The notes under the pieces were generated by a model. It was not told where the DNA came from, searched no databases, and saw only the letters and a list, made by a program, of their open reading frames with translations. The translations under genes were made by a program, and so were the position numbers. A stretch of 64,000 bases of DNA from Vicugna vicugna (Eukaryota), in assembly GCA_013265495.1 (NCBI GenBank), contig MU058717.1, forward strand, positions 177,890 to 241,889. The letters run 5' to 3'. This document shows positions 47,076-59,253 of the stretch, in pieces (position 1 is the stretch's first letter; each line of letters begins with the position of its first letter).

Positions 47076-50000
47076 AGGCAAACATTTTCAATTTTAGGTG
47101 AGTGTGTGACCAAACTGACATCTCCCACGTGGTTTTGTGACCCAGGGGATTCGTGTGACACCTGTGACGGGACTTTAACTTTTCACCTGGATGAAACCCA
47201 AGAGTGGATGTTGAGGAGTGAGAGGAGTGGATTTGGATTTCTTTCTTTCCCCTTCCAGGTCCACTCTACACTCTCTGTGCCCAGTTCCATGCCTCAGAAG
47301 ACTAAATGTATGGGCTGCATCATCAGGTTATCTCTCTTGCTGGCTTCTGATGGGAAATAGCCAATGGGACATGGGGGAAAAAATCAGAAGGAAGAAGGTG
47401 AGTAAGACTGGGATACTTATTCCCCCAGACCCCCCTTGTTATGGCCCCACAATCCTGGGGACTCCTCAACTTGGCTTCTTCTAGGAAGCCCCTTCCACAC
47501 AGATGACTGCTGTAGTAACCAGTCCTTCCCCCTTGCTCCTTCACATCAAAAAGTGTTTTATGATTCATTTTAATTCATTCAATGAACATTTATTGAGGAC
47601 TTATTATGTGTAAGGCACTAACGAGGAAAAGACTCTTGTCCTTACAGAGTCTAATGTCTAGAAGGAAGTCAAGTCACAATTAAAAATATAGCGCCATACG
47701 GTGCTAAGGGCCATGACAAAGGGGCATAGGATGCCTGGTGAAGACTCAGGGTGAGAGGAATCCACATAATGTGGACCAGCTTACGTGAAATCTTTTGGAA
47801 CAAGAAAGAGCTCAGCACATTTGATAAATGGAAAGAAGACCAGCAAGGCTCTAGCTCAGCGACTGAAGGAGAGAGGAGGCTGACTTGCCAAGATTCAGCA
47901 ATGAATGAGCTTTGGGTAGGGAGTTGAGGGGAGAGGAGGAGACTCTCTGAACATGAAAAATAAAGTACATTGCAGTGAAGCATACTTCCGATATCTCCAT
48001 GTCCTCTCTTCATTTTATCAGTGATCTTGAAAGAACACCAAGTCAGTCCACGCTCATTTTGCTTGATGAGTTAATGTGCTAAAGTAGGTGGCAAGGGAAA
48101 AATCAATAGCAAAAGGGAGGGAAATTGTGCACACACATAAATATGACGAATCATGTGTGACATGCTCTCTACCAAACGGTACTTAACAGGAATGGCAGAT
48201 TAAGAAGGGAGAGTCCTTAGAGTCAAAATTAATAGCAGAAAATGGCAAGAATGTGCAAAAGTATAAATGGGATGAATTAGAAATGATGCGATCTACATTT
48301 AATAATATTTGTCAGGAATGTGATATTAAATGAGGAGGGTATTCAACCAGTAGTTCCAAACTTATGTCAGAATTACCTTAGGATCTTTCTTCTAAAACTT
48401 TTAATTCAGTTTTTTGGGGAGACTCTTGAATTCTTCATGTACTAGTATTGGTGAGCCACTGCCTCAGGTGATTTAGCTAAAAAAAAGAAAAATATATATT
48501 TTGACCTACTCAAAGACAGACAATGTATTTAAAAGATACTGAGATGGGTACTCATCTACCTCACAGAGTCTGCTGAAGTTGTATTGTGTCTGAGAGGTCT
48601 CAGAACAGCTCAGAGAGCAGTGCTTGGTGATTTGGAAGTGTGTACCCCATTGATTAAGGGTGGAAACTGTACTCAACCAAAATCTGGTCATTTCTGGTAC
48701 TGGCGGTAGCTTTGAGGAGAGAAGAAGAAGAAGGGGGAAGACAAGGGGTCCTGGGTCCCATGACTCCATGAGTAACACCTGAAGTTTCCACTCAAATTGT
48801 CCTCTGGGTTCTAATAGGCAGATGAACAAGCAAACCATTGACAACAAAAAGACATGGCACCTTGCACTGAGGTCCTTGTAAAGCAGAGGGTTCCTTGTGC
48901 TGAGCCCCGAGAGCTCTGAGTACATTCCTGAGCACAGGAGAAGAGCAGGAGCTGTCCACAGCAAGGCACATTTGGCCATTTACAAGGACCTCTATGGTCC
49001 GTGGGTCCCTAGGACAGAATGAGTCTGTTCCAGTCATTCATGTATGTCAGTCTCAATCAAGGTTTGAGAGGGACCAATGGGATGGACAAGCAAAAGTTGC
49101 TTATCAGATTTGGCAGGGTCCCTGAGCTGCCATATTTTCTCAAATTTAGAAGTACTCTTTGACATTATTAGTCCACCATCTTCATCTTGTCAATGGGAAA
49201 CTGAGGTCCTGAGAGGAGCATCCTTTTACCTACTCTGTCCCTACCAGGACATGCATTTAACCAGGGGCAAACCTGGGTCTTGTATTTTGATCTCTTTATT
49301 CCCAGACAAGTGCTCCTCCCACAGGATGCAGACCAATGATGACTTGTTGGTAATTTGGTCTGGACCACAAAGATGCACGGGACTGAGGCAGGCTTCCCAG
49401 GACAACAGACTAACCCAGAGATGTGGAGGGAAAAGCAGTACCAATATGGGAGACGCCACACACAGGGACCACTTGGCCAGATGATCACATTGCAAAACTG
49501 CCAAATTAGCATTGTTTTGAGGGTCTTCAGCCCAACCCTGCCCTGATCCCCCTTCACTTTCAATGATTCTAACATTTTCTCCTGATCTCCTTCTACACCA
49601 GGAGCAGGCACCAATAGAACTGTTTTTAAGCTTTTGTTTTTTCCCCCACTGATGGATTGGTCCTTAAATATCATCTAATCCACAGAAACTGAAACTTTAA
49701 AATCAGTTAATAGTACTTGTTTAAGGTGCAGATTCCTGAGCTCTATTCCTAGAGATGGCAATTTCCCCGATCTGGAGGATCCACAATTTAGACAAGCCCC
49801 TCCCCACTGTAAGTGACCTTAATGTGGGTGTTCGCTAATGGTATTTTCAGAAAGTCATCAGTTTAACCAGCCCTTTTTAAAGAGGGAGAAACTGAGAAAT
49901 GAGGAAAGGTCTTACTCAACAGTAGGTAGATCCCAGACTCTCTTTAGAACCTCTTGATTCAAGTCATACCAAACAATGAGTTTATTTGGAAGCGATGTCC

Positions 50001-52797
50001 AGGTTTTAGAGTGCTATGGGGACCAAGCCACCTGCTGTGGGGCTTCCTTCTGGAGCCTGGTGTCCTCTTGTCTTGCCCAGTTCCCCTTTGAGGGACCCTT
50101 TTCCCCCTTCCCCCAGACTTCCCTTTCCTCTCTTTCCTCTCTTGTCTTTCCTCTCCCTCTTTCCTCCCCTGCTTTCCTTCCACCCACTTCCTTCCCATCT
50201 ATTCCAGTTACCTAACGATTGCTGTGAATAACTTTTCCCCAAGCTTAGCAGTTTAGAACAACCATTTTATTTTTCTCACCATTTTGGGGGTGAGGAATTT
50301 GGGAAAGAATCAGCTCATTTTTCCTCTCTTGGGGTCCTTACATGGTTGCAGATGTCTGCTTGGGGCCACAGTCATCTGAAGGCTCTAATGTGTTGGCAGC
50401 TCATTCACATGGCTGGAAACTGATGCTGGTTCTCAGGCACGGCTTCTCTAGGTTTGTGGACCTAAGGACCTCCACTGGCCTCTCTAGCATGGTTGTCTCA
50501 GAGTAGTTGGTCCTCTCACATGGCAGTGCATGAGCGCTCCATCCCATGAAATTGATGGAGCTCAAACCTCAGGGTCCCTCACTTGAACAAGCCCCTTTAA
50601 AGACTCTGGGAGTGGCCCAGGTTATATGTTCATGTGATCAAACAATTCGTAGCATCCGTAAAAGTAATATATTCTAACCATAATCAATCAGCCTGCCCTC
50701 CCTTTCCACTCCGTCTTTTCCTCTCTTACACTTCTCCTGAATCAGGGGATGTTGGAATGGCTGCTAGCATTTTCGGCATCCAGCTAAAAGGAAATTGAAA
50801 GGGGGATCTGTTGAGTGTGGAGTTGGTGTGCTATATTTAGGTAGTTCTTAGTTACTTCTACATATCATAAGTTGATGCCACCTGCCCTGATGTAAGAAGC
50901 ACTCTAAGCAATGTTCCACCACCCACTGGACCAGCTCTCTGACATATGACACTAAGGCATGTTTGTATTGTCATCCCTGTACCTAACCATAGAAGGATGT
51001 GGGTAGCAGAGGAGAGACTAGGTTTGAAATGTACGGGGTCAGAAAAATCATTCTGTGGAAATTTCTTCCAAATATCAAATACATAAATTTATAACTAGAA
51101 AATCAGTTCTCATGGAAACCTGCTCATTCTTTACTAGCAAGATAATTCAATATGCACAACTTTAAATGCATCATGCATTTTTTTTCTTTTTTTGATGAAA
51201 TTGCACAAAAGAGAATTAAAATTCCTGCATTTTTTAGGACACAAAACTGTGGTGAAACTACAAATATCAAGTATGGCTGGGCATATATTTTATGCATTCC
51301 CAACTATAATCAAAACCAAAATATCATCAATTTTTGATCTGCCATGTTAAACAAAAGACTGAATTATCTTCCTATAGAAATTGAGTTTTACTGAATTGAT
51401 GTCCTAAATGAAAATTAATTAATTAATAATTAATCTACATGGATGTTGTACAATTTGTATTTGATGGCGTGTTAAGATTTTTAGTTGGTGCAATTTCCTT
51501 TCTCATTTGAAATAATATTCACTCTTGAATCTGCATTCATTTTTAAAGAACTCCCCCCACCCCATTTTATAAGCTTTAGACCATATGAAACCTGGATCTG
51601 ACCCAGTTCCATTCTTAAGCATCTTAGGATAATTTGACCAGGACAACAGCGTTACCAGCATTCCCTGTTTGCAGGACTTTCAGACTCTTCTCTCCCTCTT
51701 TGGACGTCCCTGCAAGACCCAATGACTTCTTGTTCTCCAAAAACGGCATAGAGGGAGCAGATGTGAATTACTCAGCCTCAGAGATCTCAAACCTCACAGA
51801 GCACTTTATTAGGGGAAACTGGAGGCTTCCAAAGGATAAATGAGGGCCCTGAAAGTGGAAGAGATAGGGTCACATGCTGAGAAGGGGTCCAAGGGTGAAG
51901 GGCATCATGTTTGAAGGGAAGCTGAGCAGGAGAAAAGGAAGGAAGCAAATGGTGGTGTTCTTTGGGGGGACGGCCAAGGTCTTGGCAGCTGAGATTTGGC
52001 CAATGGAAACCAATATGCAGCATCGGTCAGGCACACCTGGAGAGATCCCTGGATGATGAGCCAAATCCTGGAGGTTGTTCCAGCTCTCCTTATCCCAGCT
52101 AGCCAAATGACTCTGCAAGACAGCAGGACAGAAAATGATGTCCTGGTGAGATGCTTGGACCCTGCTCACCTTAGGGGCCAGAATTACACATAATGGAAAA
52201 AAGGAGATAGGATCATTTTCCTATATTTTTACAGGGAGAGGAAACAGAAGAAGAGCGCCTTGGGGGGGCTCATAGGGTGATCATGTGTGCTGGTTTTTCC
52301 AGTAGACTCCCAGCTTATGCTTGTTGTCCCAGTGTAATAGTTAATTGCATCTCCTTTCACTCTTAAAAGCATCTTGCTTTGGTCAATAAAGCGTGTGGTT
52401 GTCCTGGCTATAGTCACCTTAAAAAAAGAAAAAGAGAACTGGTGATGAGGTTTGATGAGAGATTAAGGCCTGGGGCGACTGGCTGATGCACGGTACCCCC
52501 CGGGCTGGTTCGCTGGGCTTTCTTCTGACTTGGTCTCAGATACTCCACCACTTCGGCTTCCTCCTCGAGTACCCCTTATTCATTTCCTACTTGCCCACAT
52601 CCCTTTGGCTACTGCTCCCCTTCCCACCTTCCCTTTCCCAAAACATACTTACCCCTCTGTGAGGTGCATCCTTACCTCCTGATTGGACTGGTTCTGTCCA
52701 TCCCAAGCCTGCTGAGTTTCTGGAATGGACCAGCCAATACCCAGGCCTCCCAGGGCGGCCCAGGTAAGTGTGGGAGATTGGAGCCCCTGGGACTTAC

Positions 52798-52965
52798 TTC
52801 TTTTGGGGCAGATGGCCTGGCAGACAGCTTGAGACTGGAAGTTGTTACTGTTCCCCTGGCAACCACCATAGATGAATTGGGAGCAGACTTTATTTTGCGC
52901 ATCATACCACCAGCGCGGAAGGTAGGCCAAGCAGCGGCCAGGCTCTTTTGGCAAAACGCATACGT
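52798..52965 (-). CDS. WFDC6: WFDC6-like gene exon 3, Kunitz domain
   Basis: ccctgcag|, DVCVLPKEPGRCLAYLPRWWYDAQNKVCSQFIYGGCQGNSNNFQSQAVCQAICPKR, |gtaagt; 168 nt; the last exon probably ends near AATAAA at 51805-51810 (-). Confidence 0.82.
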
Positions 52966-54237
52966 CTGCAGGGAGATTGAGAAGCAGAGCTGTTTGGATG
53001 CCTGGCTCCCTAAAGAACACCCCAGGCATGTGCCAAGGCATGGAGAAGTGTGTAAGGCATGGTATTTTTAGAGTGTGTTGCAGAATTTATCCTAGCAGGT
53101 AAGTTGGCACTGAGTGGAAGCTTTACTAATGTTTATAGTAAAAAAAAAATCAAACATATCCTGAACTTAAAGAAGCATTTATTGAGCAACTGTTTTGTGC
53201 ATAATAGTACGAGGTGCCAACAGAGCTCTTTAGAACTTCATGGTCCGAAGCGTAACAACCATAGTGCTTATTAAAGTGTCAGGCACTGTTCTTAGCACTT
53301 GACATATAGTAACACATAATCTTATAAGGTAGGTCCTCTTATTGTCCTCATTTTGCAGCTGAGTAAACTGAGGCTCAGAGAGGCTAAGTAACTTCCCTAA
53401 GGTCACATGGATGGTAAGGGATTTGAATGTAGTCTGTTGTTTTTAAGATCGAGATCAGACCCACTACTCCAGCTGGCAAGGTCCTGCCTTGCCAGAACCT
53501 TCTCTACCTACTCCGGCTTCATCTTCCTCATCTCTTACCATGCTCATGCTCATGCTCCTCTCTGTTCTCTGGCCTTTCTAGCCTGAGCATGGTGTCTTCT
53601 CACACAGGGCCTTTGCACATGAGCCAGTAGAGCCCATCATGGGCATCAGGGCTACCAGTAAATGTTGAATGAATGAACAAATGAACAAATGAATCAATGA
53701 ATAGTCCTTGATGATCTTCTTTAGAGCTCAATGATATGGGCAGAGAGGAAAGAGTGTAGGAGACCAAGGGTGGCTAGGGAAGATACCTGAGATTGATACA
53801 GACGAGAGGCCTGGAAAAAAAGCCAGGAAAGACAAATCATGTACCTGTCTTTTACAGCTGTTGCATCACTGCCACCATGCTGGCATTTGACGAGACCTCA
53901 GTGGCTACTTGGCATCTCAGCGGATCACAGAAGAGTAGCCAAGAGACTATATGGCCTGCTAACCACATCTTTCTTACACTTGGGGAAACTGAGGCCCTTA
54001 AAGGAAAACCTATGTCACTCATGTCACATACATAAATAGAGGCAGAAAGGAAGTAAAACCTGTGTCTTTCAACACCCTCCCCAGCCCAGCACTGAGAGGG
54101 TTTGTGTCAAGTAGAAGATGCACCCAGACTCCTGGTCAGAGACCAGTCATCAGTGAACCCGGCGAGGGGTCCAGCAACGCCGGTGCAGGTGGCCAGAAAA
54201 TGAGGGCATCGGCTAGTTCAGGGGATCTGAGAGTTAC

Positions 54238-54369
54238 CTTGTTTGGGATTTAAACATTGCCTTGCACAGCCAAACCTGCAACACTTCATCTTCTCCGGGC
54301 ACTCTCTGTTCTTCACACATTGGTTTCTTTCTTCAACTGCACATTTTACTCTGTTTTTGGGACACGCGC
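54238..54369 (-). CDS. WFDC6: WFDC6-like gene exon 2, WAP domain
   Basis: ACPKNRVKCAVEERNQCVKNRECPEKMKCCRFGCARQCLNPKQ, 8 Cys, 132 nt, phase 1-1. Confidence 0.85.
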
Positions 54370-55594
54370 CTGAGGGAGGGAAAGATAAACTCTTCTGGGG
54401 CCTTGGAGGGGCTAAAGCCCTCCTTCCCCAGACCCAGGGCACCGCTGCAGAGGTGAAGAAGCTTGCTTTCACTTCACTGTCCCCAGATGCTTAGTGGCCT
54501 TTGGCAGGGGCTCAGGATTTACACAGTGGTCCCCCATCCCTAACCCCCTAACAACTCACCGTCTGATCCCTAAACCCACCACCCATAATGAGGTTCCAGG
54601 GAGAGAGATGCTTTCCTCCAGAATGATTCTGATCACTCGGTTTTCCTGTATTTGGTGGTTCCCTGGGTGGGGGCAGGGGGCTGTCACTCTCAATGATTGA
54701 GATCTCCATTTCTGGAGTCAGATGGCTGGGCTTTTGAATTCTGTGCGTCCCGTGGGGTGGCAGGCACCGTCTCTGAACTTTGATTCCCTCCTTTGCCTAT
54801 AGGGTTGTTTTGAGGATTCGCGTGACAAGTTAGTAAAGCCGACATCAAGCTGCCTGGGACACAACAAGCATAATAACTAATCTTGACGCAGTGTTTAGGG
54901 GCACTTGTCCTTTTCTTCTTAATCCTCATTGCAACTCTAGGGGTAAGTCCTATCAACACTCATATTTTATAAACGGAGGAATCTGAAGGTTTATAAACGG
55001 AGGTCATGGGAACTGGCCAGGCTCACACAGCTACTGGGGAGCAGAGCCGGATTTCGACCTGCAGCGTGTGGCTCCCCTGCTGTCTGAGCACTCAGTTGAT
55101 CTCAGCTGCTAATTATGGGGGGTGGGGGTCTTCACAGGCCAGCATTCCAGGAGACCTTCAAAGACCATTCTTTACCCTCTAGGCAAGGATCCCCTGTGGG
55201 TGCAGGTGTAGATGTGGGTGTGGGGAGTCCATGGGGAGCTGCAGTGGGAAGATTCGAAAGCTGATGCAGTGGTGCTAGGGCAAGTAGCCTTTCTTATGGG
55301 AAAAGCCCTTAAGTTGCCCAGTTCCCTTAATCTGTTTCATGAGCTCCAGGTCCAAGCCCTTCCAGGAAGAATTCCTCTCATAATGATGGCGGGGAGTCAG
55401 TTTCTTGCATTCACCAAGGGCATCTAACCAGGATGAAAGGGGCTGAAAGAATGGCTCTAAAGAGCTCCCCTCTCTCCCACCCAAGATCTCAGGCTGAGGT
55501 GTGGAAAAGCATTCCTTATCTGTAAAACTCTCTGTTTCTTCCTCCCAGACAAGCTCTGTTTCTCCACTGGGAGGACCATGTCCCCAGCACTTAC

Positions 55595-55682
55595 TGTGAA
55601 ACGCCTCAACCAGCCCAGGTTCCTGGACACCCTCCAGGAGGATGAATGGTACCAGGATTGGTAAAAGTCCTGAGAACCCCAT
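55595..55682 (-). CDS. WFDC6: WFDC6-like gene exon 1, signal peptide
   Basis: MGFSGLLPILVPFILLEGVQEPGLVEAFH resembles human WFDC6 MGLSGLLPILVPFILL (from memory); |gtaagt donor. Confidence 0.85.
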
Positions 55683-56447
55683 TTTAGGAGCGACTGGTCC
55701 GACTGGTGGCACCAAAACCAAGAACTCCTGCTTGCTCAGCAGCTCCTGCTTCTGAACTGTCTGCCCTGGCACAGCCTGACACTCCAGGAGCCACACATCA
55801 CTGCGGACACTCCCTCTGCTGGGGAACGCCAAGTCCCCAAGGCCATCAGTGAGACTAGCTGAAACCTGCAGCACCACCCGTTGCGGGGAAGGGGCTTGAG
55901 CGGCTGCTCCTCATCCTCAGCTCACTGAGGCTCTCTGGCTTTCTGGTCAACCAGGGAGAAAGGCAGAGCTTATCTGGGGCTTCTAGAGCCCCTTAGCAGA
56001 AGGGCACCCGCAATTCCAGGGTCTTCCGTTTTCCAGGGGGAGTTTGGAGGCCAAGAGAATCCTAGCTCTCTTCTCTTTCCAGTTTTAACCTTCTCCTGAC
56101 ATATCTATTTTTCTGTCTGCTTATTTTTCTCACTCTTTTTCCCCCCTACTCTCTGCACCTTTCTTTTACTCTCCCTGACTTTTCGGCAGGTCTCCCTCTG
56201 TCAGGGTCTCTTTCTCCTTGCCCATCACCTTTCCTCCGTCCTTCTCTTCTTTCTCTTTGGGCCACCCCCTTTCTTTAACAATTGTCAAAGAGTAAAGGCA
56301 TTGCCATGAGTAGCATATGGAGGAAGAGACAGGTTTATCTGAGGTTGAACCAAATCTTCAGAGAGTGCCTGTCAAGATCACAGTGGTTTGAAAGCAGGAG
56401 AGAATGTTACAGCCTACTCCAGCCCCTGGCAACCACTATTTCACTTT

Positions 56448-56566
56448 TTAAAAAATAAATTTCATTTTATTTATTTTAATTTTTTAATGGAGGTTCTGGG
56501 GATAGAACCCAGGACCTCATGCCTGCTAAGCATGCACTCTACCACTGAGCTATACCTCTGCTCCCC
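56448..56566 (-). mobile_element. tRNA-derived SINE (Vic-1-like) inserted in an old L1 fragment
   Basis: TSD CCACTATT(T/C)CACTTTT. Confidence 0.82.
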
Positions 56567-58220
56567 CCACTATTCCACTTTTTATCTCTATGGATTTACC
56601 TATTCTAGATATTTCATAAAAAGGGAAATACACAGTATATGACCCCTTGGGTGTGGCTACTTTCACTTAGCGTAATGTTTTTGAGGTTCATCCACAGGGT
56701 AGCAGGCATTCGTGCGTCATTCCTTTTTATGGCTGAATATACCCAGTGCACACTGATGGCTTCCTACTCCGAGTGTTGGAGTCTCTACTTCCCTGCTCGG
56801 AGTTTTCTCTGGCTCCATGGGAGCTTCCTCCACTGGCATACAGAACAGTCTGGAAGAGCAAGGTATTTAACAACCCAGGCATCCAGTAGGGGGATGCGAG
56901 TCAGTGGATAAATACCTCAGCTTCCCATCCGTGGAGATGGATGAAGAAAAGCTGGAGGCCTGTTTTACGTGGTTCTTTAGGAGGTCCCCAGTGGGATTAG
57001 GCTGCAGTTTCCTACAGTGGAAAGCAGCTCATAATCAACTCCTCTTTTGCCTGTACCACTCCCAACTTGTGTTTCCTGAGAAATCTCCCAGAGAAACTAC
57101 TTTCATGCATGCTCTTGTCCCAGGACTGGTTTCTAGGGGATCCAAACTCAAGCAGCGCCCATAGGCCCTGGTCTTAAAAGGGTCTTATGATGTTTTGAAG
57201 AAACAGAGGAGGGTGACGACATCCCTGGAGCTCTCCACTCTCACGGTTCAGATTGTCTTCACTCTTTACTGGTGTCACCAGGAGCTCCAATGACTCTCTA
57301 CTCTCTGAAAAGTGTAAGCCGCCAACAGGTGTGAATCATTCAGCCTCAGAGGCACAGGACTAAACAAAGTGCTTTATTAGGGGGCAAAAGGGGGAGCTTC
57401 ACCTAGGTATAAGCAAGGGGTTCTAGAATTTGGACAGAAAGGAAAGAAGCATAGAGATGGGATCAAAACAGAGGGATGTTATGTCAAAAAAGAGGCTGAG
57501 ATGGAGGAAGTGGAGACAGATCCTGGGGTTCAGTTTTGTGAGGAGCTGAGGCCTTGGAACGCTGGGAGTGGATGAGTGGAAGCCAGCCTGGAGCATCTGT
57601 CAGGAACATGGACAGAGCCTTGAATCACAAGCCAAATCCTGGTGGTTGTTTCGGTATGTCCTCATTCATTGAGGAATTAGAGCCTGTTGAGAACGAAGGA
57701 CAGGACCAGCTGTGCGTCTCAGGCTCAGCTTATCTCCGGAACTAGCCTTGAAGTTATGTTTGTACATCTTTTCATAGGAGATTAAAAGGAAGTGAGTTTG
57801 CTCCGGGGAGTGCTAAATCTCCTTTAAGGAAAAAAATAGGAGATGGATGGGAGTGGATTGCTGGCAAAGAGCTGTGAGAGGAAATTAATGGCCTAGAAGG
57901 AGTGATGGGTTGACATGTCCAGCACTAGGCTGGATGCCCTGGGACCTCTCTGAAGTTGGTCTCTGAGATTTTGCCATGTTTGCATCTTCCCTCTGCCCCT
58001 TATACTTGCCAGGTTTGATTCATGACCATGTCCCTGCTCAACCTCAGTTCCCAGAAAGCCACCATCCAACCCTCTACAAGGTGAATTCTTACCTCCTGGT
58101 CAGAGTTGGTTCTGTCTGCACCTGGTCTGTCAAGGATGTAACCATCCTGGAATGGACCAACCAACACCCAGAACTCTCAGCATGGGTCCAGCGAAGATGG
58201 GATACTGGGCCCCCTGGGAC

Positions 58221-58393
58221 TCACTTTTTTGGGGGACAGAAGTTCTCGCATATGGCTTGGGATTGGAAGTTGTTATTGTTTCCTTTGCAGCCACCGTAGA
58301 TGAAGATGGAGCACGAATTACTGGTCTTGTTATACCACCAACGACGGAGAAAAGCCATGCAGGGACCAGGTTCTGTGGGCATGCTGCATATGT
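58221..58393 (-). CDS. EPPIN: EPPIN exon 3, Kunitz domain
   Basis: ccctgcag|, DICSMPTEPGPCMAFLRRWWYNKTSNSCSIFIYGGCKGNNNNFQSQAICENFCPPKK; ends at a TGA that overlaps a gtgagt donor; AATAAA (-) near 57374. Confidence 0.85.
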
Positions 58394-58465
58394 CTGCAGG
58401 GAGACCCCAGAGTTAAGAACTTGGAGAGCCCACACCAAAAAGAAAGAAAGAAAAAAAAGCAGCCA

Positions 58466-58580
58466 TTACTGTCCCCCTGGCAACTACCATAGATGAACTG
58501 AGCAGGCTTCTTTCACCTTTTCACACCTGGGGACCCCAGTTCCGCTGATGTATTTGCAGATTTGCAAGGAGACCCCAGAG
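58466..58580 (-). pseudogene. Decayed Kunitz pseudo-exon in EPPIN intron 2
   Basis: Copy of the exon-3 acceptor (ctctggggtctccttgcaa, AG lost) plus a FIYGSCQGDSN remnant. Confidence 0.6.
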
Positions 58581-58789
58581 TGGAACTCTTTGGGTGTCTT
58601 CATCCATAAAGAATGTCTCCTCCTTCCCTCTGGTCCCTGGACTCACTGTCTCCGCCACTTACTCTGCCCTCCAAAACCATGCCAAAAAAGTTGAATATGG
58701 GATCACAGTAAAGGGCAAGTCCATGCAGGGAAGTCAGGGGGCAGTTTTTCAGATCAAGCCCCTTTTTACCACCTACAGTTAGCTTCCAT

Positions 58790-59253
58790 TCTGTGATGAG
58801 TTGAATTGGGTCTCCTCCAACCGCAATTCATATGTTGAAGTCCTAACCCTCAGGGCCTCAGAGCATGATCGTATTTGGAAACAGAACTGTGGCAGATATA
58901 ACTAGCTGAGGCCACTCTGGAGTAGGGTGAGACGCTAATCCAGTATGACTGGTGTCCTTTACTAAAAGGGGGAAATATGGAAACAGATACATGTGCACAC
59001 ACACAGGGAGAACACCACGTGAAGATGAAGAGAAGAGAGTTGCAAGGCAAGGAATGCCAAAGATGGCCAGCAAACCACCAGAAGTTGGGGGAGAGGCATG
59101 GAAGAGATGCTCCCTCACCACCTCAGACAGATGCAACCTTGCCAACACTTGATCTTGGACTTCCAGCCTGCGGAACTATAAGACAATACATCTCGGTTGC
59201 TTAAGCCACCCAGTTCGTGGTACTTTATCACAGCAGGCCTAGCAAACCAAAAC
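58790..59253 (+). mobile_element. MaLR LTR (MLT1-like)
   Basis: TGTGATGAGTTGAATTG...GTTGAAGTCCTAACCC...TAAGCCACCCAGTTCGTGGTACTTTATCACAGCAG. Confidence 0.75.

Noticed and set aside
49284..49480. Acceptor-like site followed by a Cys-containing frame
   Set aside because: Cysteine spacing fits neither WAP nor Kunitz, so there is no support for an exon
55275..55877. 200-aa ORF containing WFDC6 exon 1
   Set aside because: Only 55595-55682 is exonic; the rest is promoter and intron sequence
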